64,000 nucleotides of DNA from Clostridiales bacterium. GTDB lineage: Bacteria > Bacillota > Clostridia > Saccharofermentanales > Saccharofermentanaceae. The translations under genes and the position numbers were made by a program. Under the pieces are notes generated by a model that saw only the letters and a program-made list of their open reading frames with translations, was not told the DNA's origin and did not search any database. How positions within the stretch are numbered: the first letter of the stretch is position 1; each line of letters starts with the position of its first letter. The DNA lies in assembly GCA_017513085.1 (NCBI GenBank), contig JAFWDK010000027.1:64001-128000 (forward strand), read 5' to 3'. Shown here one piece after another: positions 10,651 to 19,139 of the stretch.

Positions 10651-10659
10651 TGATATAAT
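10651..10659 (+). promoter_or_regulatory. extended -10 promoter element for ffs-dnaX
   Basis: TGATATAAT about 12 nt before the SRP RNA stem. Confidence 0.6.
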
Positions 10660-10670
10660 TCATTCGTATT

Positions 10671-10816
10671 TTCGTCCCGGGTGGTCTACAGTTGGCGGTG
10701 GGTCTTGTGCGATGCGAGCCTGTGAACCCTGTCAGGTCCGGAAGGAAGCAGCAGTAAGCGGTCACTTGCATGTGCCGCAAGGGTGCTTGCCCCAACTGTA
10801 GTCCAGCCGAGACGAA
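10671..10816 (+). ncRNA. ffs: signal recognition particle RNA
   Basis: conserved helix 8 core TCAGGTCCGGAAGGAAGCAGC; ends pair (TTCGTC/GACGAA, TACAGTTGG/CCAACTGTA); directly upstream of dnaX. Confidence 0.93.
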
Positions 10817-10855
10817 TTTTTTATAACCGCACGCGAGCAATCAAGGAGGAACGCC

Positions 10856-13246
10856 ATGGAACACGTCGCACTTTACAGACTCTTCCGACCCATGAATTTC
10901 GACGAGATCGTCGAACAGGAACATGCGGTAGCGGCGCTCCGTCAGTCCGTGATCTCCGGGAAGATCGGTCATGCTTACCTTTTCTGTGGAACAAGAGGAA
11001 CCGGTAAGACTTCCATTGCCAAAGTTTTTTCCCGTGCCATTAACTGCCAGCATCCTGTAAACGGAAATCCCTGTAATACTTGCGACATCTGCAAAGGTGT
11101 CATTGACGGCTCTCTACTCGATGTCATCGAAATGGACGCTGCCAGCAACAACAGTGTCGACAATATCCGCCGGATCTGTGATGAAGTTATGTTCATGCCT
11201 GCCAAGGCCAAGTACAAAGTGTACATCATCGACGAGGTCCACATGCTGTCGACAGGCGCTTTTAACGCATTGTTGAAAACCTTGGAAGAACCGCCGGCGC
11301 ATGCTGTTTTTCTTCTGGCTACTACGGAGCCTCACAGAATTCCTGCGACGATCCTTTCCAGATGTCAGCGCTATGATTTCCGACGGATCAGCAATGAAAG
11401 CATCGTGAAGCGGCTTTCGCACATTGCCCAGAAACAGGGCATCTCCATTGAGGATGATGCTCTTTCCGCTATCGCCACCATCGGCGACGGAGCCCTTCGT
11501 GATTCGGTTTCTCTGCTGGATCAGGTCAGCACGACCTCTCTTGGCAAGACGATCACCAGGGATGATATATTGAAGATCACCGGCGTTGTCGATGAGACCT
11601 TCCTTTGCAAGTTCGCCACCGCGCTTCTGGACGGACGCGCTGCTGACGTGCTGCCGCTTTGCCGTGAACTCATGATGGACGGCCGTGACCTGATCCGGTT
11701 CAATCTGGATCTGGCACAGTATTTCCGGAATATCCTGGTGACAAAGGTATCCGCCCATCCGGCAGACCTGATCGACTCGACTTCTTCAGCGATTGCCGAT
11801 ATGGCGGCACTGGGCAAGCGCACAGATTCCGGTGTCCTTCTTACCTTCATTTCCAAACTTTCGGAACTGACAGGAGAATTGAAGTGGTCGCCGTCTGTCC
11901 GCACTTCGTTTGAGATCACCATGCTGCGTCTTGCTGCGCGGGGAAATAAGATCGAACCGGCCGCCATACCACCGGTGGCCCGTGAAGTTAAGGTGGCTTC
12001 TGCCGCTGCGCCAACACCGCCGGCTGCACCTTCTATAGCGGCCGCGCCTTCTGCGCCCGCCACTCCACCTGCACCATCTGCAGCAACTCCCGCACCTGCA
12101 CCGGTTGCGGTTCCGTCACCCGTGACACCGCCTCCGGCTATTGCCCAGGCTCCGGAAACTCCTGTGCCGGTGGTCAAAGAAGCTCCGAAATCTCCTTTCG
12201 CCGACAAGCCTGTCCCGGCCATCGCGAAGGAACCTTCTTCTGAACAAGCACCGGTCGCGGCTAAAGACCCTGATAAGTTGGAAAAGACGGAACCGTCTAT
12301 ACCACCTATTGCACAAGCGCCTGTCGTTTCTGCTCTTTCCGAGAAGAAAGAAGAGCGTCCTGTTCCGGCTATTGCCAAGATGCCGGAAGAAAAGAAGGAC
12401 ACTGCGCCTTCCGTCCCGGCGCTCGAGAGTATTCCGGTTCCACCACCGGTAAGTGAAGAACCGGTCCCGCCGCCGGAAACGGAATCCCCTGTTCCGCCGC
12501 CGTCGCTGGAAGATCTTGTTCCACCACCGGTTTCCGATGAAGAAATGATGATGCCGCCTCCGCCGATGGACGAGGATTTTCTGCCTCCACCGCCGGTAGT
12601 AGACGAGAAAGAGACGCAAGAAGCAGCACCTTCCGCAGCGGAACTGGCTGCCACAGCGCCTTCCTCACCTAACCTTCACAAGGCATTCGCGGCTACCCAT
12701 GTCACCGAAGGACAACCGACCCAGCTGGCGAAGCAGACCAGAAAACCGGATGTCCGCGAACCTCATATTCCGAGAGACATCGTCATGCCGGACGGTATGG
12801 ACGCACCTGCCACGGAACCGGCATCGAGAGTCAGCTCCAATTTGCAGACGGTCATGCATGGGCAGAGCGGAAATCCCTGCGAACAGGCAAGAAAAGAATT
12901 CTCGGATTATCTGATGAAGAATCACACATTCGAATATATGCTTCTGTCCGATTGCAAACTGGTCTGGAAATCCCAGACAGTCTATTGCATTCTGCCGGAT
13001 TCGCAAGAGAACGATCTGGAATTCATTCGAAACAATACTGTGATCGATACCAATCTTCTCCGGATCTGTCAGCACTATGAACCTTCGTTGATCCACGTAC
13101 AGATCACGACGGAGAAGCATTACGATGCGAAGACCGACGACGAGACCGTCCAAAAAGCCGCACCGGATCGGCCGGAATGGGTGGAAAGAGTGAAAAATGC
13201 GGCTGAAAAAGGAAATGTAACTGTCACTACGATAGAAAATATGTAA
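10856..13246 (+). CDS. dnaX: DNA polymerase III subunit gamma/tau with a long Pro/Ala-rich linker
   Basis: GTRGTGKT, Zn-binding Cys cluster, DEVHML, SRCQ; dnaX-ybaB-recR synteny. Confidence 0.95.
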   Translation: MEHVALYRLFRPMNFDEIVEQEHAVAALRQSVISGKIGHAYLFCGTRGTGKTSIAKVFSRAINCQHPVNGNPCNTCDICKGVIDGSLLDVIEMDAASNNSVDNIRRICDEVMFMPAKAKYKVYIIDEVHMLSTGAFNALLKTLEEPPAHAVFLLATTEPHRIPATILSRCQRYDFRRISNESIVKRLSHIAQKQGISIEDDALSAIATIGDGALRDSVSLLDQVSTTSLGKTITRDDILKITGVVDETFLCKFATALLDGRAADVLPLCRELMMDGRDLIRFNLDLAQYFRNILVTKVSAHPADLIDSTSSAIADMAALGKRTDSGVLLTFISKLSELTGELKWSPSVRTSFEITMLRLAARGNKIEPAAIPPVAREVKVASAAAPTPPAAPSIAAAPSAPATPPAPSAATPAPAPVAVPSPVTPPPAIAQAPETPVPVVKEAPKSPFADKPVPAIAKEPSSEQAPVAAKDPDKLEKTEPSIPPIAQAPVVSALSEKKEERPVPAIAKMPEEKKDTAPSVPALESIPVPPPVSEEPVPPPETESPVPPPSLEDLVPPPVSDEEMMMPPPPMDEDFLPPPPVVDEKETQEAAPSAAELAATAPSSPNLHKAFAATHVTEGQPTQLAKQTRKPDVREPHIPRDIVMPDGMDAPATEPASRVSSNLQTVMHGQSGNPCEQARKEFSDYLMKNHTFEYMLLSDCKLVWKSQTVYCILPDSQENDLEFIRNNTVIDTNLLRICQHYEPSLIHVQITTEKHYDAKTDDETVQKAAPDRPEWVERVKNAAEKGNVTVTTIENM

Positions 13247-13280
13247 TACTTAATGTTGAATCATTAAAGGAGGACGTAAA

Positions 13281-13625
13281 ATGGTTAAAGGTTTTAGAGG
13301 CGGATTCCCCGGAATGGGCGGTGGCAATATGGGTGCCATCATGCAGCAAGCACAGAAGATGCAGCGCGATATCGAGCAGGCCAAGGCAGAGATCGATGCC
13401 CTGGAAGTTGATGCAACAGCCGGTGGCGGAGTCGTAAAGATCGTGATCTCCGGAACACACGAGATCAAATCCTTGGAGATCGACCCTTCAGCAGTAGATC
13501 CGGAAGACGTTGAAATGCTTCAGGATCTGATCATTGCCGCATATAACGAAGCATGCCGTAAACTTGCCGAGATCTCTTCCGAGAAGATGGCTAAGGCAAC
13601 CGGCGGCGCCAAGCTTCCTTTCTAA
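13281..13625 (+). CDS. ybaB: YbaB/EbfC nucleoid-associated protein
   Basis: QQAQKMQ, AGGGVV, DPEDVEMLQDLI; synteny. Confidence 0.92.
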   Translation: MVKGFRGGFPGMGGGNMGAIMQQAQKMQRDIEQAKAEIDALEVDATAGGGVVKIVISGTHEIKSLEIDPSAVDPEDVEMLQDLIIAAYNEACRKLAEISSEKMAKATGGAKLPF

Positions 13626-13646
13626 GAAAGTGAAGGGTATCCGGAT

Positions 13647-14249
13647 ATGTCCAGGTTTTCACCAAGTGTGGCAAAACTGATCTCAGAACTCGCGAAATTG
13701 CCGGGCATTGGGCACACATCTGCCCAACGCCTGGCTTTTCATATCCTTTCCATGCCGGAAGAAGAGGTCAGATCACTTTCCGAATCTATCATGGATGCCC
13801 GAACTTCCACTAAGCTTTGTTCGGTATGTCAGAACTTCACGGACACTGATCCGTGTCCGATCTGTTCCGACCCGAAGCGCGACCATTCCACGATCTGTGT
13901 CGTGGAGAATCCGCGTGAAGTCGCCACCATGGAGCGTATGCGCGACTATACCGGTCTGTATCACGTCTTGCACGGGGTATACTCTCCGCTGAATAATGTA
14001 AGTCTTGATGAGATCAAGATCCGCGAGCTCATCTCGCGGCTTCGCGAACACCCGGAAACCAAAGAGGTCATTCTGGCCACCAATCAGACTCCGGAAGGCG
14101 AAGCCACAGCTCTTTATATCTCCCGTCTGGTCAAGCCTGCGGGCATAAAAGTGACCCGAATCGCATCGGGCCTTCCTATGGGTTCCAATTTGGAATATGC
14201 AGACGATGTCACTCTTTCCAAGGCCATCGCCGCACGTCATGAATTCTGA
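13647..14249 (+). CDS. recR: recombination mediator RecR
   Basis: LPGIG HhH, CxxC..CxxC Zn finger, TOPRIM (YHVLHG, EGEATA). Confidence 0.95.
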   Translation: MSRFSPSVAKLISELAKLPGIGHTSAQRLAFHILSMPEEEVRSLSESIMDARTSTKLCSVCQNFTDTDPCPICSDPKRDHSTICVVENPREVATMERMRDYTGLYHVLHGVYSPLNNVSLDEIKIRELISRLREHPETKEVILATNQTPEGEATALYISRLVKPAGIKVTRIASGLPMGSNLEYADDVTLSKAIAARHEF

Positions 14250-14270
14250 TCATTCAATCTGATAAATGCT

Positions 14271-14564
14271 TTATTTCTCTTGCGGCTCGAAGACAGTCTC
14301 ACCCGGCATGACCATGCCCAGAGATTCTCTGGCCACCTCTTCAATATAGTCATCTGAACCGACCTTCAAGCTCATCTCCACGGCTTCCTGATACTCGGCA
14401 CTGGCTTGCGCCGCCATGGCCTGCAACTCTTTCGCACGGTTCTCGACACGAGCACGCATTTCCCGCTCACGGTTCAGACGCACTACGACCAGTGCCACCA
14501 GAACGACGACAAATACAAATACGATCACTCGAGTTATGGAAGATTTTGCCCGCTTGTGTCTCAT
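14271..14564 (-). CDS. divIC: septum formation initiator (DivIC/FtsB family)
   Basis: single TM, coiled coil, YIEEVARESLGMVMPGE. Confidence 0.85.
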   Translation of the reverse strand: MRHKRAKSSITRVIVFVFVVVLVALVVVRLNREREMRARVENRAKELQAMAAQASAEYQEAVEMSLKVGSDDYIEEVARESLGMVMPGETVFEPQEK

Positions 14565-14659
14565 AACTACCCTTTCTTATCAGATCTGCTACTATTAGTT
14601 ATCTCATAAAAAAGCACTTTTGTATGGTCTTCCCGGGCAAATGTAATGCAACTGTAAGA

Positions 14660-14917
14660 TTATTCCACTTCTTTGCCGACAAGCAATTCATACATCTCTT
14701 CGGCTTCTTCCTTACGCACGGTTTCCTGGACTTTCAGGATGCGGAAAGTCGTGACACCATTACCGAAACGGATCGAGACCTCGTCTCCGACTTTCACCTC
14801 GGCTCCGGGCTTAACGACCTTTCCATTGATCTCCACTCTTCCCGCCGAACACACCTCATTGGCTACGGTTCTTCTCTTTACCACACGGGAAACTTTTAAA
14901 AACTTATCGATACGCAT
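14660..14917 (-). CDS. rqcP: S4-domain RNA-binding protein (YabO/RqcP, Hsp15 family)
   Basis: MRIDKFLKVSRVVKRRTVA N-terminus; upstream of divIC. Confidence 0.85.
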   Translation of the reverse strand: MRIDKFLKVSRVVKRRTVANEVCSAGRVEINGKVVKPGAEVKVGDEVSIRFGNGVTTFRILKVQETVRKEEAEEMYELLVGKEVE

Positions 14918-14953
14918 AGGCTCTCCTTCTCCGCTTCCGCCCGTCCTTATGGA

Positions 14954-15211
14954 TCACAGAAGGCGGATCATGAAACGGTCAAAAGGAACTTTATCTGAAA
15001 ACTGATCATCGAAAAACGTAGTCTGGTGAAACTGCGCAAACTCTCTGGTATTCTTGGATAACCAAAGCGGAAAAGGAACGTTCATCTCTCGGCAGAGCAT
15101 GACCAAAGCCTCGTCGAGTTCTTTTACAAAAGAAGCCTTGGGATTTTCGTGATTCACGACATGGATGGCCAAAACCACGTTGGACTTAAATGTTTTCCCT
15201 TCTAGATGCAT
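14954..15211 (-). CDS. small hypothetical protein
   Basis: 85 aa, AGGA RBS, co-oriented with rqcP-divIC; PLWLSKN and FDRF look like conserved segments. Confidence 0.7.
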   Translation of the reverse strand: MHLEGKTFKSNVVLAIHVVNHENPKASFVKELDEALVMLCREMNVPFPLWLSKNTREFAQFHQTTFFDDQFSDKVPFDRFMIRLL

Positions 15212-15315
15212 GACATTTCCTGACTTTCGTTGTTCTTGTGCCTACATTATACTATTTCCTTGCGAAACGTGGTATTCTGTTCTTAGAGTGGGGTTTTGTC
15301 GGGAAGGAGCCGAAA

Positions 15316-16197
15316 TTGAAGCATGTTTATGATCCGAACACACAGCGTGAGATTACTTCGCGTACTTTGGATAAGAGGTACCCGATCAGTTATCCATACC
15401 CTCAAAAGGTCCCGATCCAGCTGATCCTCAAGGGAAACAGTGTCCGTATCCGCGCTTTTGTACGTTATTCTTCCAAGATGTTCCGTTACTATCCCGGCAC
15501 GAACATCACATATGCCGATGTGGCGGAAGCCGGCATCCGCAGAAACTGGTCCGGAAAGTATCCTATGTCCTGGCTGGAAGATGACGGCTATGAAATGTCC
15601 CGCGCACATGCCAGTTACCGTGTCCTGACGCAGGATAACAACCCGTCCGACGAAGAGATGCAGCCGGATCCTTCTTCCGCCCGTGTCACGCTGGAGTTTA
15701 TCCGTTATCAGACTCCGCAGGCCGTCAATGATTATCCGAACCAGAGATTCATCAAAGTGAAACTATCCTATTCCGAAAACCGAGCCGGCCAGGTGAACTC
15801 TTCTTTCTGGCGATGGGGCTGGGGTTTTTTGAAGTCTTTCCAACTCGAGGCGCTGACCTTAAACTGGTCCCGCACGCGTCCGGGAAAAGCAACCGTCCGG
15901 CAGAGTAACGACCGTCATACATTCCAGCAGGAATGTGCGCACGAGTTCGGTCATCTTTTGGGGCTCGGCGATGCATATGGTGCCAACTACCGCTTCTATT
16001 TTGAAGCCCCCGGAACTACGGATTACATGATGAACCAGAACCGCAAAGTCAACCCGCAGGAACTGGAAATGGTGCTTACCGCGCACCTTTATAACCGCAT
16101 GCAATACTTCCCGAAACAGTTCCACCTCAAGACCTTTTTTCGTGGTATGAGACGTCATTACAAGGTCAATCATCCACCCAAGCCGCGCAAAAAATGA
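15316..16197 (+). CDS. putative zinc metallopeptidase (metzincin-type motif)
   Basis: HEFGHLLGLGD plus a downstream DYMMN Met-turn; TTG start after AAGGAG. Confidence 0.65.
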   Translation: MKHVYDPNTQREITSRTLDKRYPISYPYPQKVPIQLILKGNSVRIRAFVRYSSKMFRYYPGTNITYADVAEAGIRRNWSGKYPMSWLEDDGYEMSRAHASYRVLTQDNNPSDEEMQPDPSSARVTLEFIRYQTPQAVNDYPNQRFIKVKLSYSENRAGQVNSSFWRWGWGFLKSFQLEALTLNWSRTRPGKATVRQSNDRHTFQQECAHEFGHLLGLGDAYGANYRFYFEAPGTTDYMMNQNRKVNPQELEMVLTAHLYNRMQYFPKQFHLKTFFRGMRRHYKVNHPPKPRKK

Positions 16198-16257
16198 ACA
16201 CGGTGTTAACTTTTCGTTTCAACTTTTTGTTTTTGTACACTTCAAAGCTCTTTGAGG

Positions 16258-16286
16258 TTGTCTGATGAATTGATTCGGTGTAGAAT
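16258..16286 (+). promoter_or_regulatory. sigmaA-like promoter of the Zn-ribbon/HD gene
   Basis: TTGTCT-17 bp-TAGAAT. Confidence 0.55.
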
Positions 16287-16365
16287 AGTCACGTAAGCAT
16301 CCTGAATGACTACACGATGTGCTCTGTTTCAGGAACAGATAGATGCACATGACAAGGAGGTACAT

Positions 16366-17178
16366 ATGAAAAAGTGTCCAGATTGTGGTATGACAATTGC
16401 GAATCAGGCGATCCGCTGTCCGAAATGTAAGTATGACTTCACAGATGGTCAGGGAAACTTAGCAGGTTCCTCTTCTTCATCTACATCTACAGTATCTGAT
16501 CGTCCATCCAAGGGTGGTTCCGTTGGAGCGATCATGCCGATGATCATCGTAACGAAGGACAATGTAGACGAGCTCTACAATGACCTCAAGTCCAAGATCA
16601 TCAAGAGAAAGACTGAGTTTGACCACTTTATCGACTTCCTCGAGAATCGTACATCCTGGTTGACAGCTCCGGCTGAACTGGAAGGTCCTCTTGCTCATGA
16701 GAAGGGTCTCCTTATCCACTCTGTCGGTGTTGCGAAACAGCTCATCCGTATTAAAGATACACTGATGCCTCAGTTGGATGATGAATCCGCCATCATTATT
16801 GCTTTGTTCCATGATGTTGGTAAGGTTGGTGTAGAAGGCAAGCCTTTATTCCTTCTGGAAGAAAAGACCACCACTTCTACTTTGGGCCTTTCCTTCGGCG
16901 GTCGTTCTCTCTCTGTAGCACCGACTTATACCATTAATCCGAAGCTTGTTCACATGAGCGTAGGCGTAAGAAGCCTGTTGCTGGTTTCCCAGTACATGCT
17001 CCTTTCCGATGACGAAGCTCAGGCGATCAGCTATCAGGATGATATGCAGCTCATAGAGGGCAAAGAGAATCCGTTTACCATGATCCTCAATGTTGCCAAC
17101 AGATGGCAGACCAAGATCTATGAGAATGACGAAGTAGTGAAGCAGTATGGCTTCTCCTCCTCCGTCGCCAAAGATTGA
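16366..17178 (+). CDS. Zn-ribbon + HD-domain protein (partly degenerate)
   Basis: CPDC..CPKC N-terminus; TAPA, GLLIHS, FHDVGK; AAGGAGG RBS. Confidence 0.75.
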   Translation: MKKCPDCGMTIANQAIRCPKCKYDFTDGQGNLAGSSSSSTSTVSDRPSKGGSVGAIMPMIIVTKDNVDELYNDLKSKIIKRKTEFDHFIDFLENRTSWLTAPAELEGPLAHEKGLLIHSVGVAKQLIRIKDTLMPQLDDESAIIIALFHDVGKVGVEGKPLFLLEEKTTTSTLGLSFGGRSLSVAPTYTINPKLVHMSVGVRSLLLVSQYMLLSDDEAQAISYQDDMQLIEGKENPFTMILNVANRWQTKIYENDEVVKQYGFSSSVAKD

Positions 17179-17211
17179 TATTATACTTCAGTTTCTTTTT
17201 CCTTTCTTTTT

Positions 17212-17250
17212 CACCCCGGTGTTTCTCCTTTCTCACCGGGGTGTTTTTTT
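17212..17250 (+). terminator. intrinsic terminator
   Basis: CACCCCGGTG...CACCGGGGTG followed by T7. Confidence 0.8.
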
Positions 17251-17359
17251 GCCTTTTCGGGAAAAATACTTTCCGCTCGGATGACCACCGGATAGTCGCC
17301 GGCGGAAATAAAAAAGGAGCGTCTCTCTCTTGAGACTACTCCTGTTCTTCTTGTCATAC

Positions 17360-17433
17360 TGGAGCGGATAAAGGGAGTCGAACCCTCCTGTTCAGCTTGG
17401 GAAGCTGACGTTCTACCGATGAACTATACCCGC
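17360..17433 (-). tRNA. tRNA-Gly(CCC)
   Basis: GCGGGTA/TATCCGC acceptor stem, anticodon arm TCAGC-TTCCCAA-GCTGA, GTTCGA T-loop, encoded CCA. Confidence 0.95.
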
Positions 17434-17614
17434 ATGTTTCCTCGCAACAGATCACATCGCTACATACGGAATTGTGCCAGAAATACAGGATTCTGTCAAA
17501 CCGCCACACTTCAACTAATATATACATCCAATTCACGGTTTCGTAATATGTGACAGGTAAACTTTATATGATGACGTAATTAGGGCTTATTATGACGGAA
17601 GGAGGTTTGAATAC

Positions 17615-18319
17615 ATGAGAAAAAACATATGGATCCCGGTTGTACTGATCCTTAGCTTATTTCTCTTTTCGACCTCGTGCCGGCAGGCCATCTATTCCAA
17701 GAAAATCACTAATTCCACAAGTTGTCTTTTAGAGATCGTGTACAAGCGCGGTCAGGTTTTCTATGCCACCGATCCGGATACGGATCTGGTCGATCTTTAT
17801 GTGTTTACTTCAGCAGGACAACCGATCTATGACCAGAGCGGGAATACTGTTTCCTCGACACTTCTTAAGACCGGTCAGCTCGTCAATGTTTCCTATGACG
17901 GATACATCCTGGAGACCTATCCCCGTCAATTGTCAGGCATCAGCGCCATTACGATCGAGGGTTGCAAGTCCAACCGGGTTGATTTTCTGATCACACAGAT
18001 CTCCGGAATGTTTCCCTCCACCAAGCCGGCAGATAACAATAACTGGGATATCATTTTCAAGGGTGACGACTTCCTCAAGGATAACGAGAAGCGCATCATG
18101 GAATACATTTTGAAAGAAAACTGGATCGGCTCGCAAGTTACCGTCATCCCGCAAGAAGAAAGCATTGCCGGTAAAGGTCAGATTTCGGTCAATATTTCAA
18201 ATCTGACAGACAATTCCGCGGATCTGGAGATCATCGTCGATGCCGGAATAGAAGGATCCGCTCCTTTGATCAGGGATCTGCATGCCACGTTGACAGACGG
18301 TACCTGGCATGCCAGATGA
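17615..18319 (+). CDS. lipoprotein with a YobA/DUF3221-like domain
   Basis: signal peptide ending FSTSC (lipobox-like); YDGYILETYPRQL motif; AAGGAGG RBS. Confidence 0.6.
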   Translation: MRKNIWIPVVLILSLFLFSTSCRQAIYSKKITNSTSCLLEIVYKRGQVFYATDPDTDLVDLYVFTSAGQPIYDQSGNTVSSTLLKTGQLVNVSYDGYILETYPRQLSGISAITIEGCKSNRVDFLITQISGMFPSTKPADNNNWDIIFKGDDFLKDNEKRIMEYILKENWIGSQVTVIPQEESIAGKGQISVNISNLTDNSADLEIIVDAGIEGSAPLIRDLHATLTDGTWHAR

Positions 18320-18426
18320 TCTTTTTCCGATTTAACGCCGGCTACGTCCTGTGCTCGTCTTTTTGCTTGACTTTTTTCTCTATAGATGGCAAACTGTATG
18401 TCGTGTTCAAACGGAGTACATCATCT

Positions 18427-18502
18427 GCCTTTATAGCTCAGTAGGTAGAGCGCATCCATGGTAAGGATGAGGTCACCAGTTCGATCCTGGTTAAAGGCTC
18501 CA
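18427..18502 (+). tRNA. tRNA-Thr(GGT)
   Basis: GCCTTTA/TAAAGGC acceptor stem, CATCC-ATGGTAA-GGATG anticodon arm, GTTCGA, encoded CCA; TTGACT promoter upstream and a terminator downstream. Confidence 0.95.
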
Positions 18503-18601
18503 AATTCGAAGAAGTCCACTTGTTGGGCTTCTTTCTTTTTCCGCCGCATATGATACAATATTGTCTGACAAGGAATACTATTCTATAAGGGAGGATCCGA
18601 C

Positions 18602-19138
18602 ATGAAAACATGCGCAAAATGTGGTGCTCAAAATGCCAATAATGCTGCTGTTTGCAAGTCTTGCGGAGAGGATTTGAATACTGTAGCAGTTTCTGAAGAG
18701 GTTCTGACTCTGGCTGATAAACCACCATATAAGATCGTGCCATCCATTATTTTCAGTCTGGCAGCGATCCTTCTCTCTTCTGCCAAGCTTCTTCTTGCCT
18801 TAAATCCGGCAAACGAAGACTACAAGCAGATCAACTATACCCTTCACTTCTGTGCGATCGGCATTTCTCTTATACTCGCCATTGTGAGCGCTATTCTTCT
18901 TCGTGGACTCTTCTCTAAAAAACCTGTCCCGATGCTTGGTGTTTTTGCCATGATGCTCACCGTCATTGCTTTTGTCATTTTAGTCTTCGACGGTTTAAAT
19001 CTTCCGTACGTGATCTCAGATTACCGCGACATCCTGAAATACGGGCATATTGTTGAAAAAGCACCTTCCACGGAAGGCTTGGACTTCGGCTTTATCATGG
19101 TTGCGAAAAATATGATATCCTCTGTGGTGCATAGCTGA
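18602..19138 (+). CDS. Zn-ribbon membrane protein
   Basis: CAKC..CKSC N-terminus and about 3 TM helices; GGAGG RBS. Confidence 0.7.
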   Translation: MKTCAKCGAQNANNAAVCKSCGEDLNTVAVSEEVLTLADKPPYKIVPSIIFSLAAILLSSAKLLLALNPANEDYKQINYTLHFCAIGISLILAIVSAILLRGLFSKKPVPMLGVFAMMLTVIAFVILVFDGLNLPYVISDYRDILKYGHIVEKAPSTEGLDFGFIMVAKNMISSVVHS

Positions 19139-19139
19139 T

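Noticed and set aside
10856-13246. Programmed -1 frameshift in dnaX
   Set aside because: I found no A-AAA-AAG slippery site with a downstream hairpin at the expected position; the frame is continuous
16293-16350. Alternative hairpins (TCCTGAA/TTCAGGA versus ATGTGC/GCACAT) in the HD-gene leader as a riboswitch
   Set aside because: Short pairings; neither fold sequesters the RBS or forms a terminator; no known aptamer motif
17360-18502. tRNA-bounded genomic island
   Set aside because: The tRNAs point outward with their own promoters/terminators; no integrase and no duplicated tRNA 3' end seen
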